DNA of 64,000 bases from Phoronis australis (lineage: Eukaryota; Animalia; Phoronida): contig NMRA01000352.1 in the NCBI GenBank assembly GCA_002633005.1, positions 340,356 to 404,355 on the forward strand. The letters run 5' to 3'. Each line of letters begins with the position of its first letter. Position 1 is the first letter of the stretch. A program made the position numbers and the translations under genes. The notes below the pieces were generated by a model. That model was given only the letters and a program-made list of their open reading frames with translations. It made no database searches and was not told the DNA's origin. Positions 12,730 to 25,532 of this stretch are shown here, piece after piece.

Positions 12730-13447
12730 ATGTTAAAGGTTGTTGCTATATTTGTTCAACCCGTAATGGCAATAAGAAATCTTCCAAGTCAGAGCAAAAG
12801 TGAGGTTAATTTTGGAGACAGTTTAGACTGGACGAAAGATATATTTATTGCCTTAGAAAATTACAAAGGACGCCGGCATCAGACGATTCCAGCTAACACT
12901 AATACACAAGATTATTGCGACAAATTCCTTTTTATTCAAAATTCAGGTTCGAGAATCCAATTTTTGTTACTTCAAGTTTCGGAAACGCTGTCACACATTT
13001 TCTGGGAATGCAGCTCTGTAGAGGGTTTTTGGAAGTTCAGCGCACTACTTCAAATTACCACATTAAGATTCCTATTTGTTTTTCTTACAAACTTTTCATC
13101 CTTGTATTTTACAAGACTCAAGATTTTCAATTCAATATCTCATTATTACTATGGAAACAATGCATTTATAGGAAGATATGTAACAAAACTACATAGAATT
13201 CAACACTTCGCTATATAATTATGTTCATGAATACTATTGTGCTGCAAAACACGTACTGCGTACAAAGGGACAGTTTTTCTGGAGAATGAGAGAATATTTG
13301 TGTACATGCATTACAGGTGTAAATATTTTTCGAGGGAGGCCGTTCTCTTGACATGTGCATGTGCGTGTGTGTGTGTGTNGGTGGGTGTCTTTTAGTGTTG
13401 TTTTTTAGAAATGCCTGTGTGTAGTAATAAAATAATAATAATAATAG
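12730..13447 (+). mobile_element. 3' fragment of an L1/Tx1-type LINE
   Basis: ETLSHIFWECSSVEGFW resembles the ORF2 C-terminal zinc knuckle. LLLWKQCIYRK follows in another frame, then (GT)n and an (AAT)n tail at ~13428-13446. Confidence 0.7.
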
Positions 13448-14529
13448 TTTTGTGCTTTTTGGACTGGTCATTTGTTAGGCTTGCGGTTTGCATTATTAGA
13501 GATGTCTGTAATTGAATTTTTTCAATTTTAATTTTGCTATGTTACGTTCTTTGTGACACGCGTAACAGTCATCAGAACTATGTGAAACAAATGCTTCAGC
13601 TACACGCGTAACCCAACTCCAGCAGAAGCGTTGGAATCTCCGTCTTATCAACTTATCGCAGATATCCATCTTAAGTTGAAGTCAATCCTGCCAGTTATGA
13701 CCACCTCCGAAAACGTTAAATTTTATGTTCTCGGTCTACTGACAAGAGCTCTAGATGCCGTTTATAATGATTTGGTAAAAACTATATTCTGTCGTATAAT
13801 GACGTGATGTTACCTCCGTCATTGGAGATTACTTTCACGCGAACGACTTATGGTATGCAACCACGCTCGTTCAACAGAATTCATTTTCACGCTTATTTAC
13901 AAACACCAGTGGCAACACAGACTCAAAAAACTTTTAAAATTCTTGAATGGTATTTGTTAGACCTCCCCATTCGAGTTAAAACAATTCTGAGTCTATTTTG
14001 ATATACCTCAGAACAAAACGTTTGAAGTAAAATGTTAACAAGTTCATTCGCGCATGTGCTGGCATGCATTATTAATGAACTAAATTCTCTAATATTATTT
14101 ATTCTGTATATATTTCAACATCATGATCGTCACAAGAGTTTGTTTATTTTTGGGCTGGTAAACAGTGTCCGTTTACATTCGAAAAGAACACTCGCTCGTC
14201 TGTATGTATTTATAACAATCAAAAATAACAAACGCCGAATTCTGGTCATACCATTATTGAATTCCTGTGTGTATTGGTATGTCCGTTTTGGTTTGCACCG
14301 TATCACAACAAAAGAGCCTAATTGGACTCTCCAGATGGTGGTGAGCTGTATTGTTACACCTTGTCTCACAACAATACGCGTTTATCCACCTGTCAATCTA
14401 CAGCCACGCATCGGCCAGTAAACAAAGACCTCACGAGCGGCACGCGTCTGGGCTTAGGCGAACTATATTTATCGAAGAGGTTGACCAAATTTGCACTGTT
14501 ACATCAGTGGCGGGTCAGAAGTTGAGACG

Positions 14530-14565
14530 CTCTATTAAGGACGTCCGAAGTTCCCTGTTCAGTAT
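14530..14565 (+). promoter_or_regulatory. Candidate Onecut promoter P2 (TATA-like plus Inr)
   Basis: TATTAAG at 14533-14539 lies 28 nt before the A of the Inr-like TTCAGTAT (14558-14565), just ahead of exon 1b. Confidence 0.5.
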
Positions 14566-14584
14566 CTCAGAGAATATTGTAAAT

Positions 14585-14621
14585 ATGTTGTACACCGGGC
14601 CTCTTCTCGAATCGATGACGG
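14585..14621 (+). CDS. ONECUT: Candidate Onecut alternative first coding exon 1b (MLYTGPLLESMT-G)
   Basis: ATG at 14585, then 12 codons plus 1 nt, then the donor CGG|GTAAGT at 14622. Phase 1 and in frame with the exon at 19325. Confidence 0.6.
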
Positions 14622-16699
14622 GTAAGTGAAGTTTAATACAGGCAAAATCGACTAAATAGTGTTTTAGACGATTACTAACTCAGCGGTTTGCCGATTGATT
14701 TTTGATGCGATCCAGCGGTCACGGTCTCTTATCAATAGCAAACTAGAAGCAATCGATTCCTCTTGATTTGTGCTTATTTTAAAATCAATAAAACACTTGG
14801 TTTATCGAAGAAGTTGTGAAAGTTACGAATATAGAGGTATGGCGTACAGCTACACATTTCTAATTGATTTGTTGGAAGTCTTATACTGTAACACCAATAA
14901 AATCTTAATCTGTTTTCTGGAATAAGTGCATGGCTTTGGTGCACTACGTCGACGTCATCAATTAAAATCATTTGACAGTTAGAGACGCTGATATAATTGG
15001 CACTGAACTGATAGAATTTAAGTCTTATTATTTATAAACACTTTGATTGAACGCTTTTCCGCCTTCACCAAACCCATGCAGGGGTGGACTTATTAATCTC
15101 GTTGTTGAAGTAAATTTTCTTCAATTCGTTTTGAAATTGAATGTGAATCTGTGCGTCATCCCACTGTTTGTGAGTTAGTATAATTTGAGTGGTTATAAGT
15201 GACTGTATCGGTAATTACAAGAGCCTTTTGACAGACACAGGGTCGTCGACCTTCGCGTGTGATGACTGCAACCCATGGCGAGTCTGGCTGGCAGTCCTGA
15301 CCATGGGCCATTTCGATGTCAATGTTCTCAATACATACAAAATATCCCAGAGAAATTCCTAGACATCTTGAAATATTTTTCAAAACCCTGAGGCAGGTTT
15401 AAGAACCTAAGGTCAGCCACTGGAAACCCTAAATCTTTTTACGCACAAGAATTTAACGTGCAAACTTAGAACACAGAAATAGCATTCAGATTACCGGAGT
15501 TTTCTGCAGACACACCACTTCCGCAAATACTCCCAGAGGGTGACTAAGTGGAAAATTTCCGACAATACTCCCAGGGCGTGTATTTGTATAGAACTCAATC
15601 AAAACTTTCTCGGTTTCACAGGGAAATGGACCCCAAAATCTTGACATGTTCAATCTCCAACAAACAGTTCATAACCTATAGGTTCCCGTTCTGCTATATT
15701 ATGCTACGTTATTGAGCATGACGCCCCGGCTACTGCATTGATTCTCTAGCTCGTCTGTTCGCCTCTGTCAAAGGTGAGCAGGTTTATACTTGGATTTAAC
15801 TTTTGGTACCGGATATGATACTTTTCAAATACACGCCCCATCCTTGTCTGAGGAAAACTGCAGATTTTTGACAATGGTATGTTCGGAAAGTGTGAAAAAT
15901 AGACAAAGTATGTGGATTGTTTTTCTTGTTTTACATTGCTTAATTTTTCAAAATTTAAACATTGGAAATCGTAACAGAAAGTGTGGATCTTTCGAGAACG
16001 AACACATGCTACGTGAGTAGAGGTTAATCTAAATGCTTCTAGCAAATACGTTAGGGGTGATTGATGGATCAGCCTGAAATAGAATACAAAATGACTGATC
16101 TTTTTCATGAAAGTTGTCACTTTTCAAATATGAACAATGACGTTATTCATTTGACATTTTAGAAGTGTGTTGAACTTTCCAAAATAACGAATTGGTTTTT
16201 GTTATCCGGTTATTTTTGTGAAATGGTACATCAATAGGTAATTAAAAGGTTAAAACTTGCTTGGGGTTGTAACAAATCTGCGTTAAAATCTCACCCAAGT
16301 AACTGTTGACTTAGTTGAGCTATTCTTTTTCGTGTCTAGGAATGAGTACCTTTTACCTTCACGACCGTCGTTACAAATTCTTCAACGAACACCCATATCA
16401 CAAGCGATGTGGGAGAATAATGTTGTTTTGATGATGATTGAAGGGCGAAATAACGACTTATATTCGAAATTCTTAAACGTGAAATTTAAAAAGTAAATCT
16501 GAATATCACGATTATCACGTAAGCGCACAGAAGTTCGTTCAGTCGCTGTGTAACTTTGCAGACGTGAGCAATATTGATAAAATAATATTTTCTTGGCTAT
16601 TCGCTGTTTCACATGTATTGAGGTTTTGTGCTTCGTCGAAATTTGCATTGGAAGGCGAGTGTTCGGGAAATATGACCGGGACCTTTCTAGCTTATCCTA

Positions 16700-16845
16700 G
16701 CGAAATGGCGGCCACTGGAGTGATTGGTCGGTGAGGGTGGAATTATCGGACAGAATTCACGATTTCCGTTCCATAAGTGAAAATTTTCGCAGCAAGTGCA
16801 TTGCGAGGGATTTTCGTCTTCCTGTGCTTCGTCACGTCAGTCAAG
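16700..16845 (+). promoter_or_regulatory. Promoter-like motif cluster (possible P3)
   Basis: YY1-type AAATGGCGGC at ~16703, ATTGG at ~16723, and CACGTCAG plus Inr-like TCAGTC at ~16833-16842. CpG-rich. Confidence 0.4.
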
Positions 16846-19324
16846 TTGGTATCGCACTAGTCCTACTAAAAGTACGAGTTGTGGCTATTATGGAGGAAAT
16901 TTCTTTGATTTGTTTCAGCAAAATAAATAAAGATAATCGATCTCTCTAAAGCTGGAGACTGGAGTTATGTCAGGAGATCACTGATTCCCATTGTCACATT
17001 ATTATTCGTGTTGTTGTTATTCGTTCTTTATTTGTGAAAGTTAAAGCAAAATTATGAAACGATAAGTACTTCTTGGAGCACTTGTCAGCGAGGTTTTGTT
17101 TGAGATCAGGATAGGAACTATCCGTAGAGAGACGTCGAAGTTGGAGAAGGCTATTCATCTCATATCACACTGACTCGATCTGTTTGTGGATAAGTTTTCA
17201 CGCAGTAAAACACGGTGTTACCGTATACAAATGCGAGTATTTAGGCCAATGGGCAATTATATGAATGTGACCCCAAAATAGAATTAGGCGCATGCGCCTA
17301 TATGCGTAACACCCGAGCAAAAACAATAAATGATGTTCACGTCTTTTCAAAATATTGACTATTCAAATGAACAGTACGAAGAATGGGCCTAAGGAAAATC
17401 GAAAAGACCACCAACAAGACAGACATATAGTAGCCGACTGCGCCCGTAGGTAAAGCATAAGCGCGTGCACCTATATGCTAAACCCCAAGCAACTAAAAGA
17501 CGAGTTATTTCGGATATATATGCGTGCATACGGAAAGCCTTTGGCAATTTCATTACGGCCAAGAATTTATCGGTAGGCCTATATCCTGCAGGATTGGGAC
17601 GCGAATAGTAGCGTTACGGTGAACACAACGTTGAGCTGATCGGTGGAGTTAGTTTTGTTTTCAGTCGAGCTTTCAGTGAACGCTACTGAAAACACGTTAA
17701 GACGCTAATCCGGTTTTACAAATTAACATTATGCAGACCTAAGAGTTGGACGCGCGTGTTAATCATGACTCTGCGGTCTTTATTTCTGGATTTACTCTGT
17801 TATTAGAGCCCATGGTAACAGCTGGGCAAATGAACTTGCGCTTGCATTATGCTTTGTATGTGACGTCGGAAGTTCGCTTGCTTCGACTGTTACATAGGCC
17901 TAATATAAATTATAGAACACAGAATCTGCGTAAGGCGGTGCAGCCGCAAAATCAAACAATAAGACATTCTTTTTACGAAAAACTGAACAGTTTTGAGGAA
18001 TACAATCGGACTGTTCAAACTATTTTCTGCGTCCATCACGAAATGACATTCTAGTACCGGCACGTTCATTCCGGCTTATTCAGCCGTTTTGTGACACAAT
18101 TTACTGATTAAGATTCCTGTACTATGTGATGGTGCACGTTAGGGTAATGCCCGTTTTCGCGCGAATCGAAATGCAATTGAGATGCAAGCTAGTGCTAGAA
18201 ACATATGTTTCAAGTGTCAAAAACGGGCGCATTTTACGTTGAGGTTAACATTTTCACGAATACCACAGTGTAGTCAACAGAGTCGTACCATTGTAGTGAT
18301 AGCGCCCTCTAGACGATTACGATGATTAGACAACCTATATCAAAGAATTTCAAATTTCAATCTGATGTTTATTTTCTCCTAAATCTGAGCTACTAATTTT
18401 TGGACTTTAATGATAGAGATAACCACCTTCTTAGGGAAGAGAGGGCGTCCGCTATCCGTGAACACTCGACTCTTTCCGATCGTAATTATAGCACGCTCTC
18501 GGTGACACGCACATGTGTTCAGTTATAATACCTTTCTAATCAGACGTCATGTCAACGACCTTGATTTGATTTCACTAGAAACGCCATAACTAGAATCTTG
18601 AATTTTTTCTACCTTCTGTAAAGGTTGCGTAATGTCCTTGAACTCGTTCTTAGGCGTTTCACCAATGGCAATAGCCATTCCGGTCATCAATTAAGAGGGA
18701 TTTTTTCGTTGTTCAAAAAATGTCAGTAAACTTTCTCAGGGCAACATAGGCATCAGGCCCGGGATTCTAATACTAGTGTTAAGACGTTTTGGCCAAAAGG
18801 GAATCTCGTGTTCTGCAGAATAATGTTTCATGTAGTCTTGCAAGCATCCAAGAAATAGAAATGTAGCCTTGGTCTAGCGCGAGTTCAGAATTACGTGCTC
18901 GTGGCTAAAGGCTTGTGATATGGTTGAATATAAAATCATCTTGCGACATCGATATAGACTGAGGCAACTATTTGCCGATTAAATTGTGTTACCATCGCTT
19001 CCAGTCAGTTTTTGCTGATCTCTCGAGTTTGTATGTGATGGAAATGAACTGCTTTTGTGTCATGTTTGAGTACTATTGTTTGTCCATCGTGAATGAATGC
19101 GAAGCCCCTCCCCGGAAATGAGTATAAATGCGCAATGAGTATGCGCAATAGATGCAGCTGGATAAACAGCGCTATGGTGGTTCTGTGAGAGCAGTCTGTC
19201 AGTTTCCCAAAGCTATTCATCGTTTATACCGAACTGATTGGACTGACAAACATCCAAGCTACATCAACTGTTGTTTGAGGTATCGATTTATTATATTGTG
19301 GTGTTTAATTTCTGTCAATTCTAG

Positions 19325-20299
19325 GCATGACTATGGAAAACATTGGCGAGATTACTGAACAATCGACGCTCGACCCTGTGGCTTCGCCGGATAATCCTCA
19401 CAGCGAATTAATAAGTCCGCACGAACTCAGCCCGACAATATCGCGACCCGGCGCTTTGGCGGTCAGTGTAGCTAGTATGCTGGACACTACAGAATTTCGT
19501 TCACAAATGCCTATTGAGGCCACTTATCAGACACTGAACGGTCGCATGAGTCCCAGTTACGGGGGTCTCGGAAGCAGTTATGCCACTTTGACACCGCTTC
19601 AGCCGTTACCACCTATCTCAACCGTGTCGGACAAGTTTTCGCATCCTTCGCCCAACGTGAGTGGCAGCTTTACACTGATGCAGAACAACTCACTAGGAAT
19701 GGACATGAACTATCGGACATACGAGAAACCCTTAGGAATGACTATGAACATGTCCAGTGCTGGATTCAGCAACAGCCCAATGATGACCTCCAATGGCTAC
19801 TCTCAACAGAGCTTCGGTTATGGTTACAATCAAAGTGGTCTACATTCACCAAAGCAAGAGCCAAAACTTATGTCCCCACAATCACCATATGATAGCTACG
19901 GCCGAAGCCTATCGGCACATAGTGCTCGCTTACACTCCCCCAGTCCTATGATGCCTTCTGCCATGAACGGTCTACATGGATCGCCTCACAACTCGCATTC
20001 CAATCACGGGCATCTCGGCGTGCGTGACCGCAGCCTCGACTCTTCCTCAAAACACGACGTGGAAGAGATTAACACAAAAGAACTAGCACAGAAGATTAGC
20101 AGTGAACTGAAGCGTTACAGTATCCCGCAGGCAGTGTTTGCCCAGCGGGTCCTATGTCGGAGCCAGGGAACACTGAGTGACCTCCTACGCAACCCCAAAC
20201 CATGGAGTAAGCTGAAGTCTGGCCGGGAGACATTCAGGCGCATGTGGAAATGGCTTCAGGAGCCAGAGTTTCAACGGATGTCCGCTCTGAGGCTTGCTG
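19325..20299 (+). CDS. ONECUT: Onecut/HNF6 main exon: TP box and CUT domain (internal ATG at 19327)
   Basis: Acceptor ttctAG at 19323-19324. Contains MTMENIGE, SYATLTPLQPLPPISTVSDKF, VSGSFTLM and the CUT domain EEINTKELAQKISSELKRYSIPQAVFAQRVLCRSQGTLSDLLRNPKPWSKLKSGRETFRRMWKWLQEPEFQRMSALRLA. Donor G|GTAAGT at 20300. Confidence 0.97.
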
Positions 20300-20892
20300 G
20301 TAAGTGTTCAACTCTTGTTTCTTAGTTTGACTGTTACTAACTTGCTCTCTGTAATCTTAAATGTCACAAATTCAAAACAAGAATGTTCTGAAACATTTCA
20401 AAACTGCAGTTTGTTATTACACCTAGATAGCTAGAGCCCCAGTTAACTTTCTATTTGTACTCTACAACGTAACACAACAAGGACTATAGCTGTTAAAATG
20501 ACCAATTCACAGTCTGTGTCATTTACTGTGTAAGGCATTGTTCTCAAATCCCTTGGTTCAGGATTTTGCCAAATGAGAACCCAAAGTTAAGATTTATGTG
20601 AATGGAAATAAAAAACACAAATTGTAAAATAACATTTTTTCATCTTGCCTGGTAAACCATGTATCAAGTGTAACCTAGACCACATGTAGCACAGACGAAA
20701 AAATCTATTTAGGCTTTTTGCTGTCATAAAATCTGTCTCATAATATTCTTTACCCTGATGGCATTCTATTGCCTTCATCTTCCCCCAGTCCCTGACTATG
20801 TTTATGCACCATTTTCAAATTGGAAATGTTAGAATTGGCTAACCAACTCAAGTCATGGGCAATGTTCTTACGTGCGCCATTTTAGAATTTGC

Positions 20893-20945
20893 AATCTTAG
20901 CATCAGCCAGTCTTAGCATCGGCCAATCTTAGCATCGGCCAATCT
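20893..20945. repeat. 16-bp tandem repeat, three copies
   Basis: Unit AATCTTAGCATCGGCC. Confidence 0.8.
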
Positions 20946-22370
20946 CAATAAACTTTTCTTGAGTTTCAGATGGGTTCCTGGTTCTTTATGGTAGCGTAAA
21001 TAGAATCTTATCATTGTAAGGGAATACCATTAGGAGACCAGTTTTGTGAGAACAAAAGACCTAATATGATTTAGCCAGCTAAACATTGCTGAAAATACAT
21101 TCATCTTGAACACTGATAATTACATCCTATTCATATCAAACTCCCACTTAGGTCATGACCTTTCAATCTATATTCACTAACATCTGTTGTCAATATTCCA
21201 CCCCAGTTGACATGTGTATACACCACATAGTACACACAATGGAAAATCTTAAATCTTGGGGGCCATAATGTAGTGCAGGTCACTCACATATTGAGCATAG
21301 TAGTCATTTACTAGTACATATTTATAGTGTGTATAACAAACGGACTTGATTGTACTCTAAGAATAAAACAGTTATTCTATTATTAATGTGAGCATAGCAT
21401 TTGCTACTTGGAGAGGACCATTTGGAGTCTTTGTTTGTTTCACCAATGCTCTGATAATTGCTGTAGTGACTGTTCAAGACTTCAACTGGGGAATATTATT
21501 AATTAGTAATTAACAGAGTTCATCTCGTTCGTCAGTTGCCGTCAGTGCCGCGTGCTGGTGATGAAGATGATTACCTCTCTCGCCCTCTCATTCATACATT
21601 GATGAGGTCCAAACACACTTATGTTGTAGCCATGAGTGCTGCCCTGTTGTTCTTGCTCCTTTGTCTGACTGTCCATTTTCCAATGTCCCCAGCAGCACTA
21701 CTGAGTCCCCACTACTGCCAACTGGTGTACACCGTGGAGTCCCTTTCTTTGTCACCAGCTTCAACAGTTCAAGCCATGAAGTTTAAATGAAGCCAGAGGC
21801 AACATCATATATGTGTACACGCTGCCTGTATCTAAACAGCAACTATACTCCCACTGGCTCCCTTAGTCTGAATGCTATAAATTACCTAGTCACCTGCCTG
21901 CTTCCAGCATGTCTTTGTTCAGGTGTTCCTATCCTGTTCCACTCCCTTGGCGTACGCTGCCAAGTGAAAAACAAGGCGAAACGGAATATGATCTAACTGG
22001 CAGGGGAGTAACCGGTCAGCCTGGGAATTTTCACCCGTAACTAGTTGGTTTTAGAGTTTTTAACTATCAATGGTAAGAGGGCGTTGTTCAAGGTTAACAC
22101 ATTGTTGTGTAATTATGTTTAGTTCATTCTTGGATTGGCTCAAGTTTTGGATCTACCACTCATCCGTAGAGCTGGGGCACTGTTTTCCCAGTGAACTTCA
22201 GTTTCCCATTCTCAGTTGTAACTGAAGTGTACTGGGCATAAAGGGTCCTGCAGTTTATTTCAGTGTTGCAGTGACATGCCCGATTCTGAGACCAAGTCCC
22301 TTAGCCGTGGTGAGCTATCAATATTCCTGACCTATTGGGAAATCCCTCCTTGATTGATAGCTACACATAC

Positions 22371-22374
<4 letters not shown>

Positions 22375-22407
<33 letters not shown>
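22375..22407. repeat. (AC)n microsatellite
   Basis: Directly visible. Confidence 0.95.
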
Positions 22408-22408
<1 letters not shown>

Positions 22409-24941
22409 GTCTGTTATTATACTAACTGTAGTACATTCTTTTGAAGCTGTGTTTTGTCCAAACCAACACTCTGGTGGGAGAAAGGCTGAGAAAACCAGCA
22501 GGCTGTGTTCTAGTGCAATATCTTATTTTTATTCTGTGCTTCATATGGGCTTGTATAGAATTTAATAATTGATGACCACTAGTCACAAACATGCTCACCA
22601 TATTGCAATATGGAGTCAAGACTGTAGCCTAGGAGAGAATTAAAATGTGTATGATAATGTCTTTTCTGAATGTTTTGACTCTCAAGAAATATATCTTACC
22701 TTGTTAATTAAACAAAGTAATTTGGGTATTCAGTTTGCTTTACTTGTTTGATGGCTTAAATCCGTATAACAAATTTTGTTTTTTAAATGAACTTCAAATT
22801 TCTAATGGTTTGCTGTTTTAGAGAATGGAATTAGGTAACCATGGTCTAAAATTCTAATTGTGATTCTAAAGCCAGGCATAATGCCATGCCATATGTGGTA
22901 GACTGGGGTTCACAGATGTTAGCAGAATTGGGGTAACAGTGTAATTAAATGTGGAGATGTGATAATATGACCACTGTTGCCTTAAAGCAGACTTTCTCTT
23001 GTTTCTAGAAGACTTTGATATCTAATTTGTGCTATTTTTTTACTATGGTACTGTATTGTCCCTAAACTATTAATATCTGCGTGGGGACTATTTACATGCA
23101 ATGTGTGCTTCATGCAGTCACGATACAAAACATCACAATTCGGTAGCAGCATTTTGAAACCAACATCCCAGTTTTCCTGGTAGTATTGTCGTTCCCATTT
23201 ATTCTGAAATCCCAGGAATACTTCAGGAAAGATACACAGGTTTTATTCCGCAAGCGGTCATGGTCCCATTGAAAATTTGATGAAGACGTTGCCCCTATTG
23301 GCAGCCGCTGACACTACACAGTTAGTACACTACACGCACACACTAGCACCAGTGGTTTCATGGTGAACAAAGCGGTCGCAATTATAATTGAATCGACAAA
23401 CCACAGAGGTCATGGACAGTTTCTCCCTCCCCTCCTCCCTCTAGTCCCCCCTGGCCAATTCATGTCCCAATGTCATAACTTTTCGAAGTAGGAATTTGCT
23501 TGGAAATTGTGTGGGATTATCTCCCCAATTTTCATGTGGGACATGCTTTAGTGCACTGTATAGTAGAGCTCTTTCTAGGAATGTTTGAGCACTTAGTAAC
23601 CTCAGGTAGTTTGTATCAAAGTACAAGTTGGTTTACTTATAGACTGATCTGATGAGAGATTGTTGCTTCAAGCCCCCATGCCCTCATCACCTGTTACTCT
23701 TGCTGGGTGATTGTTTTCCCCTCAGTTCAGTTCTCTGTTTAGCACAGGGCTCAATGAACCTTCAACAATTGTGATGTCACTAGGGTAGTGTTAATGATAT
23801 TGAAACAATACTGAAGTAGTATTGGTGTTGAGTAGCCATGGACCAGGCGACCTGGACATGGCTCTTTAGTGGCCTGTACACAGAAGTCATTGCACTTTGG
23901 TTGGTCATAGAAACAAAAATTTATTATTTAAGTTTTATTTTTATTTTAAGCACTGTATTTGTCCAGGTTGATATCCACCTTGGGCTATTAAACAATCATG
24001 CTTGAATTTAAAGAATGTACATGTACTGTTGTGCTTTAATCCAATTGATATATTTATTTATTGTCGGTTTTAAAAGTTCGTAGCTGGCCTAATGTCTAAT
24101 GCGGCTCATGCCCACCGTTTAATTTTTTAGTTTCTCCATTTAATTGCCCTTCGTGTTAAATGTCCAGATGTGGGGTGCCATATGTCCATTTGCAATTTTT
24201 ACTTAACATCTTCGGTTTGATAGCAAGTAGCTTTCATTGTTTCTGTGCCAACCAATATTTTCAACAAAAAGGTTTTACAAATTTAGCAATGAGACAAGAA
24301 CTGTCTATCCCTATGTTGTATGTTACAAGGTTTCATTTAGAAAATAATTGAAATTTTCTTGTGGTGAAGTACAGTGAGTGTATGTTTGAATTTTCCAAAA
24401 CTCCTCTGGGTTTTATGGTAGAGAAAACCCAACTGCCTCTCTAAAAGCTTCGGGACGAGGGAACCAGTGTGGCATTAGGTTCAACGAGAACTTATTTTCT
24501 GTTCCATGAAGGCCACGTTTAATTGAGGTCCTCTGGGAATCGCTTGAATAGATGCAATTCTGGTCAGCAGCGATAAGCGCAAGTCTCTCTACGGCTTGAC
24601 TGTCTTGTTACAAACTGTAACAGGCTTCGGTAAACTCATGCAGGCACTCAGAGCAACTTCCCTCCGCTGGCGCATTTCCAGTACGTGTGTCAGGAGTGCA
24701 GCAAAGAAATAAATATGGCTGCCATTTCAATTCTATTTTGATGTTCAATTTACAATGCACCTACAGTTTTGGCTTATTGTCAAGAAATATTTGAATAGAA
24801 AATCTATTGGGCTACTATTTGACTGAATATGTGTATCTGAATGAATTTTAAAACCAAACTTCATGTCGAACTGTTCAAAAGGAGTTGTTGAAATAACTTT
24901 GGTTGGTGAGTGAAATAGTTCATTTTCTGAGAGGCAAAATG

Positions 24942-25179
24942 CGGTTAAATCTCACCAGTGTCGGACAAAACTAATTGCTAAATTGTCTGTTTTTCACGTT
25001 TTAAAGGCTTCTACACTGTTGTGAATGGTCATGGAGTTTCAAAATGTCTGGTGGTAGCTATGGTGCAGAGTTTGAACCCGGAAAGGCATTAATTTGGTGC
25101 TTCCTACGTAGGAAGAAATGAAAAAAATCAAATTTCATTTGTCTGCCATATTGTGTCCTAAATTGGCGAGATTTTAAAG
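24942..25179. mobile_element. MITE family A copy (Tc1/mariner-like)
   Basis: Left end CGGTTAAATCTCACCAGTGTCGGACA; right end TGTCCTAAATTGGCGAGATTTTA. Confidence 0.65.
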
Positions 25180-25493
25180 GAATTTTTCCCTTTAATCTCG
25201 CTATTTTGTAATTCAGAACTAAGGGAAATAAACCCAAAAATGCTTGACTCCAGAAGATTGTTATTCTATGAAAAGCAAAATTTGGGTCAGTGGATCAGTG
25301 TTTCAAGTTTTTAATCACATGGTAGTTTGTGGCCATATTTGGAGATAGTGAGCAATACTTCAGAAGTTTCTCCATCCAAGCTGTCAGGATTATAGGCCTA
25401 CCAGCCCTATAGATCAAGTGATGTGAACATGATGCCTGTCACATGCCTGTTAATGTTTTATGGTAGCACAGTTTCAATACATGTTAATGTTGA

Positions 25494-25526
<33 letters not shown>

Positions 25527-25532
25527 TTCTCT
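25494..25532. repeat. (CT)n microsatellite
   Basis: Directly visible. Confidence 0.95.

Noticed and set aside
13379-13379. Single N base
   Set aside because: Assembly ambiguity at the end of a (GT)n tract.
21536-21790. 84-aa ORF with a hydrophobic stretch in the intron
   Set aside because: TTG start, no family motif and no compatible splice sites identified.
22146-22167. Resemblance to the 3' half of miR-279
   Set aside because: Seed absent and no precursor hairpin.
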